Source: an uncultured archaeon (GTDB lineage Archaea; Iainarchaeota; Iainarchaeia; Iainarchaeales; VGJJ01). From it: a stretch of DNA of 64,000 nucleotides. The notes under the pieces were generated by a model. It was not told where the DNA came from and did not search any database. It worked only from the letters and a program-made list of their open reading frames with translations. Positions within the stretch are counted from its first letter, which is position 1. Each line of letters opens with the position of its first letter. The stretch covers positions 22,254 through 86,253 of the forward strand of contig CAYZPC010000002.1 of assembly GCA_964480705.1 (NCBI GenBank), read 5' to 3'. The translations under genes and the position numbers were made by a program. Positions 56,488 to 64,000 of this stretch are shown here, in pieces.

Positions 56488-58200
56488 CTAGTAGTGCCTC
56501 GCCTCAGGAGAATATCCTTTGATGATAACAGGTTTGTAATTCAGCTGAACATTTTCCCCGTGTTGAGTGGCGAGCGTGTGTTTCAGCCATTTTTGATCAT
56601 TGCGCGTAGGATAGTCTGTTCGCGCGTGGCTGCCTCTTGTTTCCGTTCGCGCAAGTGCGCTCGCGAGAATGGATTGGGAAAATGTCACGAGGTTTTGGCA
56701 TTCGAGTGCGGCGATTAAGTCCGTGTTGAATGTGTGTGAGGTGTCTTCGGCACGAATAGCACGTGCTGGCGTGTGGAGTTTTTTCCACGCGTTCATGGCG
56801 CGAGTCAAACTTGCTTTGTTTCGATACACGCCGCAGTCATTCATCATCACGCGCTGGAGTTTCTCTTGAATAATGTGGCTTTTTTCTCCCCGTTGCGCGG
56901 TGAGAATGGTTTGAATCCGTTCGCGGGCTTTTTCAACATGTTCGGTTGAAATGGGTGCGTGGTTTTTTCCGTGTTCGCGCACGTATGCAGCCATTTGCTG
57001 TCCGGCGATGCGTCCGAATACTAATGTTTCAAGCAGAGAGTTTCCTCCCAGGCGGTTGGCGCCGTGCACGCTCGCGCAGGCCACTTCTCCTGCGGCAAAT
57101 AATCCATGCAGGGGAGTGTTGTGCGCGTCAGTAGTTACACGTGTGTGAATGTCCGTGGGCACGCCCCCCATACTATAGTGAGCAGTGGGTACCACAGGGA
57201 TGAGTTCGCGCACGCAGTCTATTCCGAGTTGTTCGTGCACTGTTTTTCGTATTTCGGGGATTTTTTCCATAATGGTTTTTTCTCCCAAATGTCGAACGTC
57301 CAAGTACACGTGGTCTTTTTTTTCTCCCGCGCCTCTTCCTTGGAGTATTTCAGTGGCAATGGCGCGCGCAATCACGTCGCGTGAGGCAAGTTCCATTTTT
57401 TGCGGAGCATATTTTTGCATGAATCGTTCATTTTTTCCATTGAGCAAAAAGGCTCCTTCTCCGCGCGAGGCTTCACTCACAAGAAATCCTTTTCCATACA
57501 TCCCACTCGGATGAAACTGGACCATTTCCATATCTTCTAATGGCAATCCCGCGTTATACGCGAGTACGAGTCCGTCTCCCGTGCAGATTCGCGCATTTGA
57601 AGTAGTGGAGAATGCTCTCCCATATCCTCCCGTCGCTAGCAGCGTGGCGTGGGCGCGTGCCACCAGTAGTTTTCCTTTTTCCATGTCCCACAACACCGCG
57701 CCCTTGCACGCGTTGTTTTCAATGATGAGAGAAAGCGCGTAATATTCTGGATACACCGTCGGGTGTGCTTTCAGGAGTTGGTCATACGTCGTGTGCAAGA
57801 GCATGTGCCCCGTGCGGTCGGACGCATAGCATGTGCGTGCCACACTTTGTCCGCCGAATGGGCGTTGGGCAATTTCTCCTTTGGTTGTGCGTGAAAAAAC
57901 CACTCCCCAGGATTCCATTTCGCGTATTCGCGCGGGGGCGTCTTTGCATAATAGTTCAACCGCATCCTGGTCTGCGAGAAAATCGCTCCCATACACGGTG
58001 TCGCGGAAGTGGGCTTTCCAGTCATCATCTGCAGAGAGTGCGGCATTAATCCCTCCCGCGGCGGCTACCGAGTGTGAACGCACGGGATGAACTTTGGAAA
58101 TGATTCCCACATCCATGTTTTGGTTGCGCGCTTCAATCGCCGCGCGTTGTCCCGCGAGTCCGGCGCCAATGATGAGCACATCGTGTGTGAGTTGGGACAT
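56488..58200 (-). CDS. sdhA: succinate dehydrogenase/fumarate reductase flavoprotein subunit
   Basis: LIIGAGLAGQRAA; RSHSVAAAGGINAA (covalent-FAD His); FHPSG; LGGNSLLE. Confidence 0.9.
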   Translation of the reverse strand: MSQLTHDVLIIGAGLAGQRAAIEARNQNMDVGIISKVHPVRSHSVAAAGGINAALSADDDWKAHFRDTVYGSDFLADQDAVELLCKDAPARIREMESWGVVFSRTTKGEIAQRPFGGQSVARTCYASDRTGHMLLHTTYDQLLKAHPTVYPEYYALSLIIENNACKGAVLWDMEKGKLLVARAHATLLATGGYGRAFSTTSNARICTGDGLVLAYNAGLPLEDMEMVQFHPSGMYGKGFLVSEASRGEGAFLLNGKNERFMQKYAPQKMELASRDVIARAIATEILQGRGAGEKKDHVYLDVRHLGEKTIMEKIPEIRKTVHEQLGIDCVRELIPVVPTAHYSMGGVPTDIHTRVTTDAHNTPLHGLFAAGEVACASVHGANRLGGNSLLETLVFGRIAGQQMAAYVREHGKNHAPISTEHVEKARERIQTILTAQRGEKSHIIQEKLQRVMMNDCGVYRNKASLTRAMNAWKKLHTPARAIRAEDTSHTFNTDLIAALECQNLVTFSQSILASALARTETRGSHARTDYPTRNDQKWLKHTLATQHGENVQLNYKPVIIKGYSPEARHY

Positions 58201-58237
58201 ATGGGAAACAAAATTGGGGCCAATTTAAGGGTGATGG

Positions 58238-59377
58238 CTATTGCACGGAATGATAGAGTCGCAGCCATTCGGTGGCAATGGCTTTTTTGCTGTAGTGCTT
58301 GACCCATTTTCGCGCATTCGTGGAGAGTTTTTTCCGAAGTTTGGCGTCTTTTATTATTTTTTCTATTTTTTCAGCGCAGTCTTCCACGTTGTTTGTTTCA
58401 AATAGCAGGCCGCGCTCATTTTTTCCCAATGCAACCGGAATCGCGCGCGCATTTGCTCCAACGACACTCAAGCCGGCAGCCATGGCTTCTAACACATACA
58501 ATCCCTGCGTCTCCATGGGAGAGGGCGCAATGAGAATATGGTTTTGTTTCACCGCGCGTGCCAATTCTTTTCCGCGCTTGGGTCCTAAAAAGTGCACGAT
58601 TGTTTCAATTCCTAATTCGCGCGCCGTGTGTTTTAACGAATCTTCCGCGGGGCCCGAACCAATAATGTTCAATTCCACATTCGAATATTTTTTTCGCAAT
58701 AAAAAAAGCGCTTCCAGCGCCACATCAATTCGTTTCTCAAAACTCACGCGGCCAAAATAACACAACTTAATTTTCTTTCCCCATGCGGCGTTTTTTCCGC
58801 GGGAAAATTGTTCATAATCAATTGCATTGGTGAGCACGTGCACGTTTTTGAATCCGTGTTGGTGAAGCTCATCCGCCAATACGTTTGTTGGCGTCGTGAT
58901 GACATCGCATCGCTTGTAGAAATGTTGCGTGTACACCCACGTGAGTTTTTTCATGATGGGATTGTTTTTGATTTTGGGAATAGGAACATATTCTAAAAAT
59001 TCGGACACGAGCGTGTGAAAGGTTCCCACCACAGGTATTTTTTTTCGCCGAGCATATTGAATTCCTTTCTCCGCCACAAAAAAGGGGGTGTGCACGTGAA
59101 CAATGTCCGCGTGAAAGTCATTGAATGCTTTTTTCGCAGAAGGTGGAATGAGATAGGCCATCAAATAATCCGTGTACGTGGGAAGCGGTTCCGCAGGCAG
59201 CCAAACAATGCGCGTGTTTTTGAGTTGGGGCTCGGGTCCCGGAAATTTTTTGGGTTTAGGAGTGAAAATAATGAAGTGATGTCCCTGCTCCGAGAGCTGG
59301 CTCACCGTGTTGAGGATACTTGTCGTGACACCATTGATTTGCGGCCAGAAAGAATCCGTGAAAATGGCAATGCGCAT
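58238..59377 (-). CDS. family-4 glycosyltransferase
   Basis: MRIAIFTDSFWPQINGV N-terminus; C-terminal GT-B nucleotide-sugar domain ...PSPMETQGLYVLEAMAAGLSVV. Confidence 0.8.
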   Translation of the reverse strand: MRIAIFTDSFWPQINGVTTSILNTVSQLSEQGHHFIIFTPKPKKFPGPEPQLKNTRIVWLPAEPLPTYTDYLMAYLIPPSAKKAFNDFHADIVHVHTPFFVAEKGIQYARRKKIPVVGTFHTLVSEFLEYVPIPKIKNNPIMKKLTWVYTQHFYKRCDVITTPTNVLADELHQHGFKNVHVLTNAIDYEQFSRGKNAAWGKKIKLCYFGRVSFEKRIDVALEALFLLRKKYSNVELNIIGSGPAEDSLKHTARELGIETIVHFLGPKRGKELARAVKQNHILIAPSPMETQGLYVLEAMAAGLSVVGANARAIPVALGKNERGLLFETNNVEDCAEKIEKIIKDAKLRKKLSTNARKWVKHYSKKAIATEWLRLYHSVQ

Positions 59378-59413
59378 GCAGTTTTCATCCCATTCGGGCT
59401 TTTTAATGCGCGG

Positions 59414-60181
59414 TTAGTCCCGCACATCCTCGTATTTTCGTGCCGCTTTCCCCGTGAGGTGGTAGCGCACCCCATTCATGAGGTGAAATCCCACGTATTT
59501 CATGTATCCCCACTTTTTTACGCGGCGTGCGGAAACGTAGTGCTTCAAGTGCGTGTGATAGTGGAGCTTCCCATGTTGCGCGGCGCGCTTTCCCAAATCC
59601 AAATCCTCGCATGTAATATACCGCGTGTCAAACCCTCCAATTGTTTCAAACACATCGCGGCGAATCGCTAAGTTTGAACCAATGGGGTTGTGCATTTTCA
59701 GCACACTCATCAAGCGCAAAAATTTTGGCATGAAGAAGGTGGAAATCCACTGTTCGTTTTCAGACACATCCGAGTAAAACACCGGGCCGTATAGCAGGGC
59801 AATGTCTGCGTTTTTTTCAAATGTGTCGTGGATTTTTTGCACCCAATCTTTGGGAGCGCGCGAATCGGCATCCGTGAATGCGATTATTTTTCCTTTTGCA
59901 ACGCGTGCACCGGCTTGTCGTTCGAATGCAATGCTGCGTTTTTTTTCAATCACTATTTTGTCGGCAAATGGTTTGGCGAGTTTTACGGTGTTGTCTTCCG
60001 AGTTTCCATCCGCGAGAATAATTTCATAGTTTCCAGAAAATTCTTGGTCGCGCAGCGCACGCAAACATCCCTCAATGTTTTTTTCTTCATTGAGCGTGCA
60101 GACAACAATGGAAACATCCATTTTTTTTGCGAGAGGCATAATCCAACCACTCGTGAATGGAATTAAAACCCTCTGGAACAA
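59414..60181 (-). CDS. family-2 glycosyltransferase (true start probably at MPLAKK or MDVSIVV, 60139 or 60121)
   Basis: VSIVVCTLNEEKNI...ILADGNSEDNT...FTDADS GT-A motifs. Confidence 0.75.
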   Translation of the reverse strand: MFQRVLIPFTSGWIMPLAKKMDVSIVVCTLNEEKNIEGCLRALRDQEFSGNYEIILADGNSEDNTVKLAKPFADKIVIEKKRSIAFERQAGARVAKGKIIAFTDADSRAPKDWVQKIHDTFEKNADIALLYGPVFYSDVSENEQWISTFFMPKFLRLMSVLKMHNPIGSNLAIRRDVFETIGGFDTRYITCEDLDLGKRAAQHGKLHYHTHLKHYVSARRVKKWGYMKYVGFHLMNGVRYHLTGKAARKYEDVRD

Positions 60182-60207
60182 ATCCCAAAGAATAGTGATG
60201 CTCGCGC

Positions 60208-61473
60208 TTACGCGAGCAGGACTTTCAAGTAGAACATGGGCGAGATGAAGGACTTGCGTGCTTCTTCATTCACGAGCATTCCACTAATCGTGTCGCGGAT
60301 TTCTTTGCTGCGAGAGGCTTTTCCAATGACCATGTTCAGCAACCACTTGTGTCGGCCCATCTTTTGGAGCAAGTACGAGGTGTGCAACTCGGGTCCAATT
60401 TCTTTCCACAATCGCTCATCATACTGTGCCATATGCTCGAGTGAGAAATTGTTTGTTTTGAATGCTTCATCGATGATTTCCGAAACGTATTTTCCGGATG
60501 TCATGGCGTTTCCCACTCCTTCTCCGGAGAACGGGTCAACCAATGAAGCGGCATCTCCCACCAAAAACCATCCTTTGCCATGTAATTTGCGCTTGAATGA
60601 TCCAAAGGGAAGAGTCCATCCTTTAACATCCGTGAGTTTCGTGGCGTTTTTGAATCGCTCTTTGAACAAAGGGTGTTCTACAATCACGCGCTCGGTTTCG
60701 GCAACCAAGTTTACGCCTTTCTTTTGTCGGTCGGTGGAGACCATTCCTAATCCAACGTTGGCTTTTCCATTTTCGAGTGGAAAAATCCAAAAGTATCCAG
60801 GCATAACAGAGTCAATGAAATGAATTTCAATATTGGGGGACATGCCGGTGATGCCTTGATAGTACACGCGCGTCGCCATGCACAAATGGTCATCGGGAAT
60901 TTTTTCGGCACCCACTTTATTGGCAACAAGTGATGTTGCACCATCGGCTCCAATCACAAACTTGGCGCGGAATTCATGGGCTTCTTTTGTTTTCATGTCC
61001 GTGGCTTTTACGCCTACTACCGTATCGCCTTCCCAAATCAGGTCGTTCACTGTGTATTCTTCTCGCGCGTCCACCATTTTTTTGGTGTGAGAGAACAAAA
61101 AATTATCAAAAACAATTCTTCGGCAAACATATCCGCGTGCTTTTGTTTTTCCTTCGCCGTCTTTCACGGGGAACGGAATTTCGAGCATTTTTCCTTCGGG
61201 TGAAGAGAAAACGAGTCCAAATACTTTGGCCGTGTCTAAGTCTTCCATCTCGTGTTCGATGCCGAGTTCTTTCAGCATTCCCACACTCTTTCCGGAAATG
61301 GCGTCTCCGCAAATCTTATCGCGGGGGTATTTTGCCTTATCCAAAAGCAGGACATTGTATCCTTTTTTGTGCAAAAACATCGCGGTGGAGTTTCCGCCCG
61401 GGCCCCCTCCGACGACGATGACATCATATGTGTTAGAGTCTTTGGCTGTGGAGGTGGCATTTGGTGCAGTCAT
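60208..61473 (-). CDS. geranylgeranyl reductase family FAD-dependent oxidoreductase (second paralogue)
   Basis: YDVIVVGGGPGGNSTA; KICGDAISG motif; ~420 aa. Confidence 0.8.
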   Translation of the reverse strand: MTAPNATSTAKDSNTYDVIVVGGGPGGNSTAMFLHKKGYNVLLLDKAKYPRDKICGDAISGKSVGMLKELGIEHEMEDLDTAKVFGLVFSSPEGKMLEIPFPVKDGEGKTKARGYVCRRIVFDNFLFSHTKKMVDAREEYTVNDLIWEGDTVVGVKATDMKTKEAHEFRAKFVIGADGATSLVANKVGAEKIPDDHLCMATRVYYQGITGMSPNIEIHFIDSVMPGYFWIFPLENGKANVGLGMVSTDRQKKGVNLVAETERVIVEHPLFKERFKNATKLTDVKGWTLPFGSFKRKLHGKGWFLVGDAASLVDPFSGEGVGNAMTSGKYVSEIIDEAFKTNNFSLEHMAQYDERLWKEIGPELHTSYLLQKMGRHKWLLNMVIGKASRSKEIRDTISGMLVNEEARKSFISPMFYLKVLLA

Positions 61474-61553
61474 AGGAGAAATGCACCCTGGAAAAGAGAT
61501 TTAAAGCGTGGGGGTAGAGCGGCGAAAACGGCGTGAATTATACGAAATGAGGG

Positions 61554-62915
61554 CTACTTAGCCTTCAACTCATGCACTTTGGCGTTCATCACGGCTTCCA
61601 AGTCCTTGAGTTGGCGGATTTGTCCCATGGTGGTGACGAATGTGATGGAAACGCCCTTTTTTCCCTTTCGAGCGGTTCGTCCGATGCGGTGGACATAGGT
61701 TTCATTTTCTTCCGGGAAGTCAAAATTAATCACGTGCGTAATGTCTTCGATGTGAATTCCCCGCGCAGCGATGTTGGTTGCGAGCAATAGAGAATATTTT
61801 CCCTCTTCGAAGTCCGCTAGGTTTCGTTGGCGTTGTACTTGTGACAAGTCTCCATGTATTTCTCCCACGCGGATTCCATTGTGATGCAATTGTCGCGCCA
61901 ACCAATCAACGGTTCGTTTTGTCGAGCAGAAAACAATTCCTTTGGTGATGTTAAAATGCTGAATTAATCCAAGCAGCATTGTCACGCGTTCGCGCGGGTC
62001 CACGTTCAAATAATATTGAGTGATTCCCTCTACTGTTAGAGTGTCCTCGCTCAAGTTGATTTCTTTGTAATCGTGCAAATATTTTTTGGCGAGCGATTTA
62101 ATTTCGGGCGGCATGGTGGCGGAGAACAATAGTGCTTGTCTCTCGTACGGCAATTGAGAGAAAATGGTTTCAATATCGTCTTTGAAACCCATGTCGAGCA
62201 TTTTGTCGGCTTCATCTAACACGGCAAAACGAACATGAGACAAATCCAATGTTCCTCGGCGCATGAAATCCATGAGTCTTCCGGGCGTTCCCACAATAAT
62301 TCCCGGTCCGGCGTGCAATCCTTCGGCTTGCATGTTCATGCTCGCTCCACCAAACACGGCGAGCACTCTAGTGTGCGTGTGTTTTCCAATGTTTTCTAAT
62401 TCATCCCTCACTTGCAGGGCGAGTTCGCGCGTGGGAACCACAATGAGTGCTTGGGGTTTGCGTATGGTTGCATTGACGTGTGTGAAAAGGGGAATTCCAA
62501 ATGCAGCTGTTTTTCCCGTGCCTGTTTTGGCTTGTCCTAACACATTTCGTCCGCTTAAAATATGGGGAATCGTTTCCGCTTGAATGGGAGTAGGATAAAT
62601 GTAGTTGAGTTCACGCAGTCCCTGTTGCACAGCTGGAGGGAGGTTCATGTCGGAAAAGCGCATGCCGCTTTCATGCGGGGCAGGAGAGTGGGAATGCGTG
62701 GGCGAATGAGAAGTGTTTTCGTGCGTTTGCACACTGGAAACGGGCGCGCGAGCCGGTGTTGCGTGCGGAGGAGAAGGTGTTTTTGTTTCCGCATGTGAAA
62801 TAGAAGGAATTTCTCCCGTGTGGGGTTGGGCGAGTGGAATTTTGCTCGTGGAGCGTTTTTGGGTTTTGGCCGTTTTTCCTTTGACGGCTTTGGGGGGTTT
62901 GGAGGCCTTGCTCAT
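61554..62915 (-). CDS. DEAD-box ATP-dependent RNA helicase with ~80-aa low-complexity N-terminal extension
   Basis: Q-motif, AKTGTGKT, PTRELA, VLDEAD, SAT, HRIGRTAR. Confidence 0.9.
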   Translation of the reverse strand: MSKASKPPKAVKGKTAKTQKRSTSKIPLAQPHTGEIPSISHAETKTPSPPHATPARAPVSSVQTHENTSHSPTHSHSPAPHESGMRFSDMNLPPAVQQGLRELNYIYPTPIQAETIPHILSGRNVLGQAKTGTGKTAAFGIPLFTHVNATIRKPQALIVVPTRELALQVRDELENIGKHTHTRVLAVFGGASMNMQAEGLHAGPGIIVGTPGRLMDFMRRGTLDLSHVRFAVLDEADKMLDMGFKDDIETIFSQLPYERQALLFSATMPPEIKSLAKKYLHDYKEINLSEDTLTVEGITQYYLNVDPRERVTMLLGLIQHFNITKGIVFCSTKRTVDWLARQLHHNGIRVGEIHGDLSQVQRQRNLADFEEGKYSLLLATNIAARGIHIEDITHVINFDFPEENETYVHRIGRTARKGKKGVSITFVTTMGQIRQLKDLEAVMNAKVHELKAK

Positions 62916-62961
62916 ATGATATCATCCATAGAGAAGAGAACATAAAGGCATGGTCTGCCCC

Positions 62962-63780
62962 TCACCTTTTTTTGGAATGTTTTTTACGCGAGGGAATGGT
63001 CTTTTTCCTCAGCGAAGAGACGTTTGAACGGGTTTTTTTCGTTTGGGTGCGAGAGGGTTTGGTGCGAATGCGTGCAGGGGATGCTTTGCGTGCGCGGGTT
63101 TTCGTTTTCTCTTTCGGCAAAAGGTACGCAGGGGTAATGTGGTGCTGTGCCGAGCGGAGCAGGTGCACAAAATCCTCTACCGGCAATGCCCCCGTAACAG
63201 GGAGGTGATTGATGAGGTAGGTGGGCACGCCCCTCACTCCATTGAGTTTGGCCACGCGCGTGAATTCTTCTACTTGCGCATGATTTTTTTCATCTTGAAT
63301 GAATAAAAGAAATTTTTCGACATCAAAATTAAGTTTGAGGGCGATGCGACGCAGCACGGCGAAAGATGAAATGTCCATCGTGTGTTCAAATGCGTGTGCG
63401 AACATTTCATCCATGTATTGTTCTTCTTTTTTTTCGTGTTGAGCGTACAAAAATCCAATGAGTGCGCGCTTGGAACTTGCTTCATATTTGGGAGGAAAAA
63501 TGAGTATGTTTTCTTTTTCCGCGAGGGGCGTCAGTTGTGCGTACACGTGATGCACATTCTCATGTCCAATTATTTTTTCTTTTTCCACGCGATGGTTTTG
63601 GTTATGCGCGTATAATTCAAACGGCACCCAGGTTATTTTGGTAGGAATGCGTGCGCGCTTCACCGCGTGTTTAATTCGCGCACGTGCGAGATACGACCAC
63701 GGGCACATGAAATCAAAGTAGGCAGTGATGTGCACCGGGTGTGCGTTTGCGTGTGGAGCGGGCATGCTACTCAAAATCAA
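62962..63780 (-). CDS. DsbA/FrnE-like thioredoxin-fold protein with CPWS (single-Cys) motif and basic C-terminal tail
   Basis: ITAYFDFMCPWSYLA near N-terminus; ~200-aa thioredoxin-like body; C-terminal 60 aa Lys/Arg/Thr/Ser-rich. Confidence 0.6.
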   Translation of the reverse strand: MILSSMPAPHANAHPVHITAYFDFMCPWSYLARARIKHAVKRARIPTKITWVPFELYAHNQNHRVEKEKIIGHENVHHVYAQLTPLAEKENILIFPPKYEASSKRALIGFLYAQHEKKEEQYMDEMFAHAFEHTMDISSFAVLRRIALKLNFDVEKFLLFIQDEKNHAQVEEFTRVAKLNGVRGVPTYLINHLPVTGALPVEDFVHLLRSAQHHITPAYLLPKEKTKTRARKASPARIRTKPSRTQTKKTRSNVSSLRKKTIPSRKKHSKKR

Positions 63781-63861
63781 AGGGTGTTTTTAAGGCCGAG
63801 CAACAGCAACTTATGTATAATACAACGTGTCTTTTTCTTTCCTTACGCGCGTTCCCACTTC

Positions 63862-64000
63862 ATGAAAATAAGTCGCATTCCTTCACACCTGCGTCCGCGT
63901 GAGCGCGCGTGGAGTGTGGGCGTGCAAAACCTTTCGGATGTTGAATTAGTCGCCATTATTTTGCGCTCGGGAAAGAAGGGACGCAGTGCAGTAGAGCAGG
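63862..64000 (+). CDS. RadC-like (UPF0758/JAMM) protein, N-terminal fragment continuing past window end
   Basis: MKISRIPSHLRPRERAWSVGVQNLSDVELVAIILRSGKKGRSAVEQ resembles RadC HhH N-terminus; not in ORF track because no stop in window. Confidence 0.45.
   Translation, partial: MKISRIPSHLRPRERAWSVGVQNLSDVELVAIILRSGKKGRSAVEQ

Overview
Archaeal window, almost entirely coding. Coordinates 3.4-45.7 kb form one co-directional minus-strand run containing essentially the whole archaeal translation/transcription core, in this order: rpoH, rpoB''/B', rpoA'/A'', eL30, uS12, uS7, aEF-2, aEF-1alpha, uS10, then L3 through SecY, DUF106, eL34, eL14, uS13-uS4-uS11, rpoD, eL18-uL13-uS9-rpoN, uS2. Split RpoB, eL/eS proteins, Rpp29, aSUI1 and a Zn-type uS14 make an archaeon certain. 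The run is interrupted at two places by envelope genes. A 7-kb block of secreted/membrane proteins sits between uS10 and uL3: an acidic repeat surface protein, a 627-aa proline-rich disordered protein, a Ser/Thr/Pro-rich secreted protein, a LemA-TPM pair and a small membrane protein. A secreted Cys-rich protein with an Asp-box motif is wedged between EF-2 and EF-1alpha. Expected neighbours nusA, adk/cmk and rpoK/eno are absent from their canonical slots. One tRNA-Leu(UAA) lies inside the operon. The high-coordinate end (46-64 kb) is an accessory/metabolic region: a carotenoid module (GT2, split lycopene-cyclase pair CrtYc/CrtYd, CrtI, CrtB), two geranylgeranyl-reductase paralogues, Fe/Mn SOD, a methyltransferase, and a tight sdhA-sdhB-fumarase operon. 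That operon has no membrane anchor genes, and its SdhB retains only 8 Cys, consistent with [2Fe-2S] plus one [4Fe-4S] and no [3Fe-4S] cluster. The region also holds GT4 and GT2 glycosyltransferases, a DEAD-box helicase, a CxxS DsbA-like protein and the start of a RadC-like gene. Many ribosomal and other proteins carry Lys/Ala/Glu- or RGG-rich low-complexity extensions. No CRISPR array, rRNA, transposase or integrase was seen.
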